Source: an uncultured Heliomicrobium sp.
GTDB lineage: Bacteria; Acidobacteriota; Blastocatellia; RBC074
DNA length: 64,000 nucleotides
Direction of reading: 5' to 3'
Assembly: GCA_964570175.1 (NCBI GenBank)
Contig: CAZMXG010000016.1
Location: forward strand, 9,746-73,745
Within the stretch, counting starts at the first letter, position 1. Every line of letters begins with the position of its first letter. A program made the position numbers and the translations under genes. Of this stretch, positions 1-10,800 are shown in pieces. The notes under the pieces are model-generated. The model did not search any database, had not been told where the DNA came from, and was given only the letters and a program-made list of their open reading frames with translations.

Positions 1-1990
1 GGACGGCAAACACCGCGTCGCCGTGCTTAGCCATCAGCTTTGGCAAGATAAGTTTGCGGCTGACCCTGGCGTTGCGGGCAAGGCGATATTGCTCGGCGGT
101 GAAAATTACACCGTCATTGGCGTCATGCCCGCCAGCTTCCGGTATCCATCGCGCACGACTGAATTGTGGGTTCCGCTGGTGATTCCGCCGCAGCGAAGCG
201 CTGAGCGTGGCAGTCATTGGCTGATGAGCGTGGCGCGGCTGAAATCCGGTGTGACTTTGGAACAAGCGAATGAGCAGATGAACATCATCGCCAAACGCAT
301 AGAGCGGCAACATCCGGACGAACAGCTTGGCCGCGGCGTGTTGCTGATCCGCGCGCAGGAAGAAATGGTGCGCAACATTCGCCCGGCTTTACTGATGCTG
401 CTGGTGGCCGTTGGTTTCGTGCTGCTGATTTCCTGCACAAACGTCGCGAACTTGCTGCTGGCGCGCGCTGCGACATGCAGACGAGAAATCGCGATTCGGC
501 TGGCAATGGGCGCTGGACGCTGGCGTTTGATTCGGCAACTGTTGACGGAAAGCGCGCTGCTGTCTTTGCTGGGCGGCGCGGCCGGGTTGATGATCGCGTA
601 TTGGGGCGTCACGGGTTTGCTGAAACTGGCGACAGGCATTCTGCCGCGTGCAAACGAAGTGACGCTTAATGGCCGCGTGATGGTTTTTACTATCGCGCTT
701 TCGCTGTTGACGGGAATTATTTTTGGCCTTGCCCCGGCGCTGCAAACCTCGCGCGCCGATCTGCAACACGACCTGAAAGAAGGCAGCGCCGCTGCCGGAA
801 ATCAGCGCACTTGGATTCGCAGTTTGCTGGTCGTGGGTGAAATCGCCGCCGCACTGGTTTTGCTGGTCGGAGCCAGTTTGCTGATCAAAAGCTTCGCGCG
901 GTTGCAGCAAACCGAAAGCGGGTTGAGTACCGAAAACGTGCTGACGGCAGGCATCACGCTGCCAGACGCAAAATACGAAACCCGCCCAGCCATCGCGCAG
1001 TTTCACAAACAAATGCTGGAGCGCGTTTCGGCGCTGCCAGGCGTGCAGTCTGCGGGCATTATCAGCAAACTGCCGCTGCAGGATTGGGGCTATAACGGCA
1101 GCATACAAATCGAAGGACAAGCACCGCCGCGCTCTGGCACACGCGATTCATTCGTAGAGTTCCGCGCCGTCAGCCCGGACTATTTCTCTACGCTGGGCAT
1201 CCCGCTGCTGGCCGGAAGACTGCTGGACAATCGCGATCAGGAAAACACAGCGCTTTCCATCGTCGTCAATCAAACCCTGACTCGCCAATACCTTCCCGGA
1301 CAAGACGCAGTTGGCAAGTTCGTCATTCTCGACAATACAAAGTATCAGATCGTAGGGGTTGTCGGAGACGTCAGGCAATCCGGGCTGACGCAGGGAGCAA
1401 GAGCGGAGCTTTACTGGCCCTACACGCAATGCCCTGACGCGGGACTAACCAAGACTGTTGGTTTGGCTGTGCGCGCGGCGGGCAATCCGGAGGGCTTAAC
1501 TTCAGCGGTTCGCAATGCGGTGCTTTCCGTTGATCCCGGACAACCGATTCACAACGTCAAGACGATGGAACAAGTTGTCGCTGATTCGGTTTCCGACCGC
1601 CGTTTGAACACGCTATTGCTCAGCGTTTTTGCCGCCATTGCGCTGACGCTGGCGCTGATCGGCGTTTACAGCGTGATGTCGTATCTGGTGGCGCAAAACA
1701 CACGCGAGATTGGGATTCGCGTTGCGTTGGGGGCGCAAATGCGCGATGTGTTGCGGCTGGTCGTCGGCCAAGGGATGGTGCTGGTTGCTATCGGCGTTGT
1801 CATAGGCATTGTCCTGTCTTTTGGGCTGACGCGGTTGATGGAAACGCTGCTGTTTGGCGTGACGTCAACTGATCCGCTGACGTTCGCTGTGTCTCCATTG
1901 ATTATCGGCGTCGTGGCGTTGGTGGCTTGTTTGATCCCTGCGCTCAGGGCGACAAAAGTTGATCCGATGGTTGCGCTTCGTCACGAGTAA
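1..1990 (+). CDS. ABC transporter permease, MacB/FtsX family (5' partial, continues upstream of window)
   Basis: The reading frame is open from nt 2 with no upstream stop (DGKHRVAVLSHQLWQDKFAADPGVAGK...). The periplasmic MacB_PCD-like region is followed by FtsX-type helices, and the C-terminal ATKVDPMVALRHE is typical of MacB-like permeases. Confidence 0.8.
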   Translation, partial: DGKHRVAVLSHQLWQDKFAADPGVAGKAILLGGENYTVIGVMPASFRYPSRTTELWVPLVIPPQRSAERGSHWLMSVARLKSGVTLEQANEQMNIIAKRIERQHPDEQLGRGVLLIRAQEEMVRNIRPALLMLLVAVGFVLLISCTNVANLLLARAATCRREIAIRLAMGAGRWRLIRQLLTESALLSLLGGAAGLMIAYWGVTGLLKLATGILPRANEVTLNGRVMVFTIALSLLTGIIFGLAPALQTSRADLQHDLKEGSAAAGNQRTWIRSLLVVGEIAAALVLLVGASLLIKSFARLQQTESGLSTENVLTAGITLPDAKYETRPAIAQFHKQMLERVSALPGVQSAGIISKLPLQDWGYNGSIQIEGQAPPRSGTRDSFVEFRAVSPDYFSTLGIPLLAGRLLDNRDQENTALSIVVNQTLTRQYLPGQDAVGKFVILDNTKYQIVGVVGDVRQSGLTQGARAELYWPYTQCPDAGLTKTVGLAVRAAGNPEGLTSAVRNAVLSVDPGQPIHNVKTMEQVVADSVSDRRLNTLLLSVFAAIALTLALIGVYSVMSYLVAQNTREIGIRVALGAQMRDVLRLVVGQGMVLVAIGVVIGIVLSFGLTRLMETLLFGVTSTDPLTFAVSPLIIGVVALVACLIPALRATKVDPMVALRHE

Positions 1991-2000
1991 GCGGCAAACA

Positions 2001-5000
2001 TCAAAGCCCGCCGCGCAGATACGCAATGATGTCAGCAACCTGTTGTTTGGTCATCGTCTTTTCGTAACCTTCAGGCATCAGCGAAATCGTCGAAGCGCGG
2101 ATTTCGGCAATATTTTTTCTGAGGATCGTCACATCGCGGTCGGCGTTGCGAAGCGTCACGGCTCCGGAAGTTTCGTTGGCCAGAATGCCGTCTTCGATGC
2201 GACCGTCTTTGGTCGTCAGGATGTAATTGACGAAGCGGCCTTCGATGGTTTCGCTGGGATTCATAATCGAATTCAACAACTCTTCTTTGGTTTTGTTGTT
2301 GATGCCCGACAGGTCAGCGCCGACGCGTGGGCGGCCAGCATGCGGGATGTGGCATTTGGCACAGGTGGAACTGAACAAATCGCGACCACGCATCACGTCG
2401 CCCGTCAGTTTCAGCGCATCGGCGTAGCTGGCCACGATGGCTTTGCGTTCGTCGGTTTCCTGTTTGAAAAATGCTTGCGCGCGCGCGACCACGTCTTTGT
2501 CAGGATGATCGAAAAGCTTTGCTTGCATCGCCGGATCAGCCATCGTTCGTTCAATGCGGCCCTCTTCCAGGGCTTTCAGCAAAACTTTCATCCGTTCACG
2601 GTCGCTGAGCAATGCCGCCAACACTTTCTGGCGAATATCCGGCGAAAACTTTTGCCACTGCCCAATCAGGTTTGAGGCGATGCCTGCATCATCAAACGCC
2701 GCAAGGGATTCGACAGCAGCGGCTTGCAACTCCGCAGAGTTTTGATCCGCCAACAGTTTTTCCAGGACAGGTGAAACCGCAGCGAACTGTCCACCGCGCA
2801 AAGCGCGAATCGCCGTCACACGAGTTTTTTCCGGCAAGCTGGCGTTTTGTGCATCCGCCAGCGCCTTTTGCACCAGACCTTTTAATTCAAAAAACCGCGC
2901 CGTTTCCCAGGTCGCTTTCTGCAGCGCTTCATTGTCGCTACTGAGCAGTTTCATCAACACCGGCTCAGCTCCAGCGACGCGAAGGTTTTTCACGTCGGCC
3001 AGTTTCAAGCCTTTGCTCAATCCGCTGAGCGTCGGTTCGGGATCGTTAAGCGTTGCCGCCAGTTTCAACAATCCGGCTAATTCGTTCGCATCGTGCTTGC
3101 CGCCAACCAGCGCCGCCAATTGCGCGAAAAGCTGTTTGTTATCGAAGTCAGGACTTTTCTTTCGCAGCAACGCGAAAAACTGCGCCGCCGAGTCGTTGAC
3201 GGAACTCAACACCGCCAGCCGGAACCATTGGTCGTCGCTGTGCTTGATAGCCAGATCCGCCAAGGCATACAAAGCACGCGAGTCTTTTAACTGGCCGAGT
3301 GTGAATGCACGCTGAAATTGAACGCGAGCGTCTTGGTCGTCCACCATTCCAAGAACGGCGTTCGTCACTTCTACAAATTCCGGCGAGATTCTAAGCTCGG
3401 CCTCTAAGCACTTTTGGTTTAACTGCTTTAACATCAGGTCAAGATTCTGTGGATTTTGCACTTTTGAAGCCTCTTGTTGAAAACGTCTGATTACGCGCTC
3501 GCAACCAAGGCTTAGTAATTCCTCTGCAAGTCTCAATCCATGCTCCCTCACGCGGGGGTGTGCATCGCCCAAGGCTTTCATAACCAACGACGCATCAAGA
3601 GCCGACAATCCTTCCAGCGTCCACAACGCGTGAATCTTGCCGAGCGGCGATTGCGTTTGTTCGAACAATTGCCTGAGAAAAGGAATTGCCGCTTTGTCTT
3701 GGCGTTCGACGATCAACCGCTGCGCCGTCGTTCGATGCCAACCATTTTCATGCTCCAGAGTTTTGACTAACTCTTCGGTGCTGGCCGTGCCAAGCCGAGG
3801 TTTCAGATCGCGCTTCGTTCGCGGATTCTTCGCTGTCAGTTTGTAAATGCGTCCCAGGCTGTCGCCTTCATAAAAGTTCATTCCCTTTTTGATCTCTTCG
3901 GGAATGGATTCCGGCGTTTCGATGAACAGGCGGTAAATGTCCGTGAAGTACAAATTTCCGTCGGGCGCGTTGGCGAAATTGCACGGACGAAACCATTGAT
4001 CCTCCGAAGCCAGAAATTCCACGCCTTCTTTGGCGCGGGCGGCTTTGAACGTCACGCCGTCGGGCGTCAGCGTGTCGCGGTGGATGAGGTTGGCGCTGAC
4101 TTCGCCTGTGAAAATGCTGCCGCGATAGTCGGCTGGCCAAGCGTCGCCGGTGTACACGGTTCCGCCGCTGGCTCCGCTGAAATATCCGCTCAAGTACTCC
4201 GTGCGGTTCAAACCTTGTTCGTCATAGCGTTGCTGGCGGAGCGCCGTTCGTTGTTTGCGCCATTCTTGCGGGCCTGTCAGCGGGAAGATTTGCGCTGGAA
4301 CTTTGCCGTTTTCGTAAATGTTCAGCGCGACGGCGGGAACTTCCAGCAGCGGAGCACGGCTCAAGTATTTGTACGGCAGGACGACTTGCCGCAAATGCGT
4401 GGTGTTTTCCGTGATGAACTCGTTGCCCCATTCGTCGAAGGTCAAACCGAATTGCGCGATGCCGGAGCTGTTTTCGGCCAAATCTTTTGTCGGGTTGTAG
4501 CGAAAATCCGTCCCGCGAACCAGCAAGCCTTCACGTTCAGGATGCGCCGGAGAAGTGATGCGACCTTCGCGTCCGTGATTGGCAAAATACACCCAGTTAT
4601 CAATTCCGTACCGAGGATTGGTGATGCGCGCTTCAGGGTTCACTTTCGGAAAGCCTGTGAACAAAACCTGTTTGATGTCGGCCTTGCCGTCGCCGTCGGA
4701 ATCTTTCATCCAGAAAATATCCGGCGCGCTGGTGACGATTACACCGCCTTTCCACGGCAACAAACCACTGGCTTGCAACACCTGATCAGCAAAGACGACG
4801 ACGCGTTCATACTTTCCGTCGCCGTCGTTGTCTTCCAGCATCCTGATCCGCGAACGCACAGGCTTGCCCGGCGGAGGATCATCCGGGTAATCCAGCATCT
4901 CCGCGACGTAAATGCGCCCGTTTTCGTCAAAGACCATTTCGGTCGGTGACATCACTTGCGGCTCGTTCAGGAAGACTTCGACATTGAACTCTTCGCTAAG

Positions 5001-5117
5001 GTGCATCAAGGCCAGCGATTCCTGAGCGGTGTATGCACGCTGTTCAGCTTCTTTCTTCGCTGAGCAAGCAGACACAGCAAGCAGCAAAACGAGCAAAGCA
5101 ATTCTAGTTTTCTTCAT
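2001..5117 (-). CDS. PVC-type lipoprotein with glucose/sorbosone-dehydrogenase-like beta-propeller, HEAT repeats and C-terminal c-type cytochrome (CxxCH) domain
   Basis: Lipoprotein signal MKKTRIALLVLLLAVSAC. The N-terminal propeller-like region (PQVMSPTEMVFDENGRIYVAEMLDYPDD) is followed by a long alpha-helical HEAT-like middle. The C-terminal CAKCHIPH heme-binding motif is present. This architecture is typical of Solibacter/Planctomycete membrane-bound dehydrogenase domain proteins. Confidence 0.75.
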   Translation of the reverse strand: MKKTRIALLVLLLAVSACSAKKEAEQRAYTAQESLALMHLSEEFNVEVFLNEPQVMSPTEMVFDENGRIYVAEMLDYPDDPPPGKPVRSRIRMLEDNDGDGKYERVVVFADQVLQASGLLPWKGGVIVTSAPDIFWMKDSDGDGKADIKQVLFTGFPKVNPEARITNPRYGIDNWVYFANHGREGRITSPAHPEREGLLVRGTDFRYNPTKDLAENSSGIAQFGLTFDEWGNEFITENTTHLRQVVLPYKYLSRAPLLEVPAVALNIYENGKVPAQIFPLTGPQEWRKQRTALRQQRYDEQGLNRTEYLSGYFSGASGGTVYTGDAWPADYRGSIFTGEVSANLIHRDTLTPDGVTFKAARAKEGVEFLASEDQWFRPCNFANAPDGNLYFTDIYRLFIETPESIPEEIKKGMNFYEGDSLGRIYKLTAKNPRTKRDLKPRLGTASTEELVKTLEHENGWHRTTAQRLIVERQDKAAIPFLRQLFEQTQSPLGKIHALWTLEGLSALDASLVMKALGDAHPRVREHGLRLAEELLSLGCERVIRRFQQEASKVQNPQNLDLMLKQLNQKCLEAELRISPEFVEVTNAVLGMVDDQDARVQFQRAFTLGQLKDSRALYALADLAIKHSDDQWFRLAVLSSVNDSAAQFFALLRKKSPDFDNKQLFAQLAALVGGKHDANELAGLLKLAATLNDPEPTLSGLSKGLKLADVKNLRVAGAEPVLMKLLSSDNEALQKATWETARFFELKGLVQKALADAQNASLPEKTRVTAIRALRGGQFAAVSPVLEKLLADQNSAELQAAAVESLAAFDDAGIASNLIGQWQKFSPDIRQKVLAALLSDRERMKVLLKALEEGRIERTMADPAMQAKLFDHPDKDVVARAQAFFKQETDERKAIVASYADALKLTGDVMRGRDLFSSTCAKCHIPHAGRPRVGADLSGINNKTKEELLNSIMNPSETIEGRFVNYILTTKDGRIEDGILANETSGAVTLRNADRDVTILRKNIAEIRASTISLMPEGYEKTMTKQQVADIIAYLRGGL

Positions 5118-5132
5118 AGTGCGGGGTAGGGT

Positions 5133-5519
5133 TTAAATTGGAAGGTTAAACGACTGACGAATCAAACTACGAATGAATCGACAGCGTTTGATTGCATCTT
5201 TTGCGTCTGCTTTAGACGCGGACTTTCCAGGATAACGAATATCCACCGAATAAGAATTTAAGACCGCCAGGTCGGCCACCATAACATTCCAGCTTGGTTC
5301 GACCGGCGACACCAAATTATGCAGTTGAATCAGGTTATGGGTTTTGCTAAATGGGATGTTGGCTTCCTGCAAGCGGGCTTTCAGGTATTTTTCGACGCAT
5401 TGCTGAACGTGAAAGCAAGTGGCGTTATAGCCGGGATGCTTACGCGCTCGATAAAGTGTTTGAGCGTCATTCCAATCCTCTTCGGCTTTCTCAATCCACT
5501 CCATTGTGATCTGCGTCAT
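5133..5519 (-). CDS. HEPN domain protein (HepT-like toxin of a HEPN/MNT module)
   Basis: The HEPN signature CFHVQQCVEKYLKARL...KTHNLIQL...IRYPG is present. The gene overlaps the upstream MNT gene by 29 nt. Confidence 0.7.
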   Translation of the reverse strand: MTQITMEWIEKAEEDWNDAQTLYRARKHPGYNATCFHVQQCVEKYLKARLQEANIPFSKTHNLIQLHNLVSPVEPSWNVMVADLAVLNSYSVDIRYPGKSASKADAKDAIKRCRFIRSLIRQSFNLPI

Positions 5520-5820
5520 ACATCACCTTCCCATGCTCGGTAATCTCTCTGATAAAGAAATCTCCGAGTTCCAGTCGTTCGTTGATTTCCTTCGGCGTAC
5601 GCAAGAGCAAATCCAACGGCAAATAAGTTCCGACTTTTGTCACCATCTTGATCAGTTGTTGCCGATACTCCCCTTCGTAAGGCATCACAACCAGCAAATC
5701 CACATCCGAATCAGGCGTCGGCTTACCGTAAGCGTGCGATCCGAACAAGATGATTCTTTCCGGATGAAATTCCCGGACAATCTGATCGCACAATTCCTTA
5801 ATTTGCTTTTTGGTAATCAT
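5491..5820 (-). CDS. Minimal nucleotidyltransferase (MntA-like antitoxin)
   Basis: The motif LFGSHAYGKPTPDSDVDLLVV (GS...D.D nucleotidyltransferase fold) is present. The gene lies upstream of and overlaps the HEPN gene. Confidence 0.75.
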   Translation of the reverse strand: MITKKQIKELCDQIVREFHPERIILFGSHAYGKPTPDSDVDLLVVMPYEGEYRQQLIKMVTKVGTYLPLDLLLRTPKEINERLELGDFFIREITEHGKVMYDADHNGVD

Positions 5821-5867
5821 ACGCGCGTAGCTTATGACGCATTTGTCGCTGCGGTCAAAATAAGACC

Positions 5868-5893
5868 CGCTTCCTACCGGTCGCGGTACTGAC
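5868..5893 (-). repeat. Solo copy of the dispersed 26-nt palindromic repeat (cgctTcctaccggtcgcggtactgac)
   Basis: It matches the copies at 13969-14036, 16889-16970 and 34318-34343 with one mismatch. It overlaps the 3' end of the 5874..7022 ORF and contains that ORF's TAG stop. Confidence 0.7.
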
Positions 5894-7022
5894 TTTTCCG
5901 GCCAAGCCCGAACTGATCGCCTGTGCGAACAGGCTTTCCGTCTTTAAAGTCAATTTCCAGCATCTTTTCGCTGTGAACCTGGCCGCCTTTTTCGTCCACC
6001 AATGTCGTGATTAACTTTTTGGTTTTCACGTCGAAGACTTCCCCTGTAGAAGGATAGGCATATTTGCCATCCAAGCTGAACGTTACCCAACCGGGCTGTT
6101 CGCGCACCGGCAAACTGGCAATTTGCTTCGGCGGCATAACGGTGTTGTCGAAGACATGAATTCGTTGGTTGAAGGCATCGGCAATCCAGACTTCTTTTTC
6201 GTCCGGCGTCAGGCCTACGCCGTGACTTGGGCAGCCGTGACGTTTGGTCGGGCCTTTTTGAAAACCGGAAACTTCAACACGAGCCAGCATTTTGCCCGTG
6301 CGAATGTCGCCGATTTCAAATCCCAGCAAATCGTTGACGTTCACATACGCCAACGTCTGCGCTCCATTGATCGTAAATGGGCGAATGACGTTGCTGAAGG
6401 GGCCCACGGTTTTGGTAATTTCGTGTTTGCTGGTGTCGGAGATGTTCAGGATCGGCGATTTAAGACCGGCCAGATAAGCCCATTTGCCGTCCAAACCGAC
6501 AATCGTATTGTGCGCGCCGGATTTAGGAATCAGCTTTTTGATGATGTCGCCGTTTGCAGCATCCAACACATGCCAGTGATCTTTTTCCAGCGAAGGCATG
6601 TAGATAAATTTGCCGTTCGGATCTATTGCCATCCGGTCGGTTCCGCCTTCATACGGCTTTTCCCACAGAATTTTTTCGCTCAGCAGATCAATGCACTGCA
6701 AGGTTTCCGTTGTGCTGATATACACGCGGTTGGTTTTGGCGTTGGCGACGATGCCTTTGACATTGAGCGGTTTGCCTTCCTTGTCGAAACCGGAAGTCTT
6801 GATGCGCTTGAGCAGCTTGTGGCCGTCATCAATGTCGAATACCAACAATCCGTGCCCGCCAAACTCCAGGTAATTGCGAATGCCGGGCGTAGCCACGTAA
6901 AGCAAATGACGTTCGCCAGATTTTCCCTCGCTGACTGCGACAGGCCAAGCAAATGCGAATGTCAACAAAATGGTCAGAGACACAAAACAGAGTTTTTGAA
7001 GCTTCGTCGAGGCGAAAGGCAT
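5874..7022 (-). CDS. Secreted beta-propeller repeat protein (YncE/lactonase-like)
   Basis: There is a signal peptide and repeated roughly 40-residue blades (LYVATPG..., NRVYISTTE..., KFIYMPS..., KWAYLAG...). The C-terminal KSQYRDR and its stop codon are encoded by the repeat element. Confidence 0.45.
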   Translation of the reverse strand: MPFASTKLQKLCFVSLTILLTFAFAWPVAVSEGKSGERHLLYVATPGIRNYLEFGGHGLLVFDIDDGHKLLKRIKTSGFDKEGKPLNVKGIVANAKTNRVYISTTETLQCIDLLSEKILWEKPYEGGTDRMAIDPNGKFIYMPSLEKDHWHVLDAANGDIIKKLIPKSGAHNTIVGLDGKWAYLAGLKSPILNISDTSKHEITKTVGPFSNVIRPFTINGAQTLAYVNVNDLLGFEIGDIRTGKMLARVEVSGFQKGPTKRHGCPSHGVGLTPDEKEVWIADAFNQRIHVFDNTVMPPKQIASLPVREQPGWVTFSLDGKYAYPSTGEVFDVKTKKLITTLVDEKGGQVHSEKMLEIDFKDGKPVRTGDQFGLGRKSQYRDR

Positions 7023-7037
7023 GTTGACCTCCTTAAG

Positions 7038-7670
7038 TCATTCTTCTTTCAGCAAACCAATTTGAGGATGCGAGTCGGATTCAAATTCTTCTTCCGGTAG
7101 AAACTGCACGCGTTCGTAAATTTCAGCCAGCGGCAACACACAATCAATGGATGGCAAAGGAACACTTTCAGACAATCCTTTGTGCGCGGTGTAAAGCCAC
7201 TGCCCACCAGATTGCCGTTCAAAATGTTCAACCAACGGTTTGTCCTGAGAAATCAGCAGGAAGTCCGTCAGTGATTCGATTTGCTGATAAGCCAGAAACT
7301 TGACGCTACGGTCGTATTTTTCAGTCGAAGGCGAAAGGACTTCTATGATGACTTTGGGATTGGTCAGCACATCTTGCTTATCGTCATGAAATAAAGGTTT
7401 GCCACAAACCACTGACAAATCCGGGTAACAGAACTTGCCAGCCCCGCGAATGCCAACTTTCATATTGGGTGAAAAAGCTTCACAGGACTTTCCTTTTAAT
7501 TGATTGCTGACAATCGCGGACAGGCTGATGCAGGCGCGACTGTGGCTAAGACTTTCGCCCGCCATCAGATAAATTCGCCCGTTGTCGTATTCGTGCCGCT
7601 CTTCGGCTTCGCGCTCGCGGCGCAGATACTCCTCCACCGAAACAAACAATTTAGACTGCGGCGTTGCCAT
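7038..7670 (-). CDS. Uma2 family (DUF820) PD-(D/E)xK endonuclease
   Basis: The Uma2 pattern VEEYLRREREAEERHEYDNGRIYLMAGESLSHSR...YPDLSVVCG is present. I chose the start at ATG 7670 because a GGAGGTGG Shine-Dalgarno lies just upstream; the longer ORF from 7874 has no such support. The gene is lower in GC than its neighbours. Confidence 0.7.
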   Translation of the reverse strand: MATPQSKLFVSVEEYLRREREAEERHEYDNGRIYLMAGESLSHSRACISLSAIVSNQLKGKSCEAFSPNMKVGIRGAGKFCYPDLSVVCGKPLFHDDKQDVLTNPKVIIEVLSPSTEKYDRSVKFLAYQQIESLTDFLLISQDKPLVEHFERQSGGQWLYTAHKGLSESVPLPSIDCVLPLAEIYERVQFLPEEEFESDSHPQIGLLKEE

Positions 7671-7806
7671 TCTTCCACCTCCGAAAATGGTTTTGTGCTG
7701 GAGCAAAGCCATTGTAATCAGGCTGTCAGTTTTTGTCAGTCCGCAGAAAACAAATGGGCTGGCGCAATAAAACGCCAGCCCATTGAAGTTGGAAATGGAA
7801 ACAACT

Positions 7807-10800
7807 TTAGAAGTTGATTCTTGCCATAATCTGGCCGCTGCGCTCTCCAGTGCGTGGGCCAGTCGGGATGCCAAAGTTGTTTACGGGAGTAAACACGCCT
7901 TGCGCATTCAACGTGCCGGTGGCCGGACGGAATGGAGTTCCGCCAAATCCGAAGTTCGTGCGATTGAAGACGTTGAAGAATTCCGCACGGATTTCAAAGT
8001 TTACGGTTTCAGAAATTCGGGTCCGTTTGATAAAGCCCATGCTATCGCTATACAGGTTCGGATTACGAAGCTCGTTCAAGTATGTCGGCGAATTGCCAAG
8101 TTCGAACGCCCCCGGAATCGTGTAGAAATCGTTGTTCAACCAGTTGGTCGAAACTGAACGATCAAACACACCACCGGCCAAACCTTTGCGCGGGTCAAGG
8201 TCCTGGCGGTCAATACCGCTTTGAATCGCTTTTCCAGGAATGATGCTGACCCGTTTGCGGCCATAGGCAAATCCCCATTGCGGGTAAGTGAATGTCTGCG
8301 CGTTGAGCAGAATCAATGCGCCCGATGAATAAGCGCCGACAAACGAAACCGTCCATCCGCCAATGACGCGGTCCATATATTTGTTGCTATTCAGGAATTT
8401 CTTCCCTTTTCCAAATGGCAGATCATAGGTGGCCACGACATTCATAATCCACGGATAATCCGTGTACTGATAGCTCTTTTCCAATTCCAGAATGCGATCT
8501 TTGGAATTCAGAGAGAGCGATTTGTCGGTCTTCGGGTTGCGGTTGTTGGAATCGCCACCGGTTTGTGAGCCGGAAGCGTTGGTCAGGGATTTCGACCGGG
8601 TGTAGTTCACTTCGGTGAAGAAATCGCCAAAACGACGATCCAGTTTCAACTGCAAAGAGTCGTACCAGGAACTGCCGACCGGATTGTATTCGTCACCAAT
8701 CGGGCCATTGATATGCGGATACGGACGCAGCGCGCGAGCCAGCGTTGCGCCGGAAGTTGTGCTGGATTTGCCCCAATCGGCGATGAAGTTTGCGTAAGGA
8801 GCTTTGTAACCCGCTGCGACAACTGCCGGATCATCAATGTATTTGAACAGTAGATCGCCCAGCGAGTAATACTTCGCGTCCAGCAGGTTCAGCGAGAAGT
8901 GATTCGCCGAAAGCCGTGTGCCGCGATTGCCAATATAGGCAGCTTCGGCCACGAACTTCCAGGGCAATTCGCGCTGGAATCCGATGCTCCAGTTTTGGAA
9001 ACGCGGCGCGGTGCCGGATTTCGGATTGATGTAGTAAATGTCATCAGCCGCATTGCCTGCTGAAGGATTGACCACTCCGGGCGGAATGAAGTTGGGTGTC
9101 GGCTGAAAACCATTGTCCCATTGCAAACCACCAACGCCATCCGCAACGGTGGCAAAACCTGTCGCACAACGCAGACAGAATCCTCCCATCAAACCGTTAC
9201 CAGCGGCGTAATACATTCCGTATCCAACGCGCATGACGGTTTTCTGATCAATTGACCATGCAAAACCTGCACGCGGGCCGTACGAAGAGTAATCAATCTT
9301 TCCGAAACGATCCTGGCCGTTGCATCCCTGGCAATCGCCCAGAAATGCCAACGCGCCTTTCAAGCCGGAACGTGGATCGGTAATGTTCGGATCGAAGGAC
9401 GTAAATGAACCGATTGGATCGGTTTGACGCGGCGTCGGGATTTCATAACGGAATCCCAGGTTGATTGTCAGATTCGGGCGAATGCGCCAATCGGTTTGGG
9501 CGTAAGCCGCGTTGTAACCGAACTTGGCCGAAATGCCCTGGCCATTGAATGTGCGCGAAGAAGTGTTGACCAACCCAAGAAGGAAGCTGGCAAAGGGGTC
9601 GCCGCCGCCGCCGTTTAACGCCGTCTGGTTGGCAGCAAAGTTGAATACGCCCTGAACGCCTGCATCATCGAATGCGCCGGAAGGCAGTTTCTCGCCGGTT
9701 GTGCGCATCCAGCGTTTATCAACACCGAATTTCCAATTGAACTTGCCTTTGACCCAGCTCACATCAGCAGCGAAGTGGTCTGTGTTATTGAATTGCGAAC
9801 CATTGGTCTTGGTTCCGTTGGTATCAGCCAGCGCTTGATAAACCCCGGCGAAATTCACGACCGGAAAGGCGTCCGTGCCGGATTCTTGCACACCTTTCAA
9901 TCCCAACCGTTGCGGCCAGCCCTGGCCGACGCTCTGGTTTTCAAAATACGCACGCAACTTGGTGATTCCATACGACACGTGCAAGTTCATTGTTGGCGTG
10001 ATGATGTAGTCATAATTAAAGCGCGCAAAAATCGGCTTATTCGGGCTGAAGGCGTTACCGCCAGCCCCCAGCAACGGCGAAGGCAACGGGCCATTCACGA
10101 CACTGCCGATGTACTGCTTGCTGAAATAACCGCTGACCAGATGGCGCTGCGTGATGTTGTGGTTGATCTTCAGACTCCACGAATCCTGTTTGTTTACGCT
10201 GCTGGTTGTTTGCAGATAGTTCTGGACAATACCGCTGTTGGTTGGCAACGGAATCAACGGCAGGATGTTTTTGGAAACGGAACTGAAACGATTGGCCGGA
10301 ATGATATTCCCGGCAAAGGGCTGTCTGGTGACAGGATCGTAAATGATTCTGCTGGGCAGATATTCTGAAAAATCGCCTTGGCGCATTTTCACCGTCGGCA
10401 GCGTAATAAAGCTGGACGTTGCACTGGCGCGTCGAAAGTTATCAGTGGTGAAATGAAAGAAGGAACGAGTCTTGTCTTCGTTATAACCGCCGATTGGGCC
10501 GAAAATCTTTTTCGGCAGATAGATCGGGCCGCCGATGCTGCCACCGTAGTTGTTGCCGTGGAACGGCGTCTTGCGAAACACAGGGTTGGCCGCTGTCGAA
10601 CTGGCTTTGCCCGCCCACGAAGCAGCATTCAGCGCGCTGCTGGTGTGAAAATCGAAACCGCTTCCGTGAAATTGGCTGCCGCCGGATTTGGTAACAAAAG
10701 ATTCAATACCCCCACCGGTTCGTCCGTATTCAGCCGCAAAAGTATTGGTGATCAAACGAAATTCGCCGATCGAATCGAAAGCGGGCAATCCGTTGAAAGC

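Noticed and set aside
3996-4949. 317-aa plus-strand ORF
   Set aside because: It is antisense within the CxxCH/HEAT lipoprotein gene.
6123-7100. 325-aa plus-strand ORF
   Set aside because: It is antisense to the beta-propeller gene and has no support.
7671-7874. N-terminal 68-aa extension of the Uma2 ORF
   Set aside because: Uma2 proteins are about 190-210 aa, and a GGAGGTGG RBS precedes the internal ATG at 7670. The extension overlaps the end of the receptor gene.
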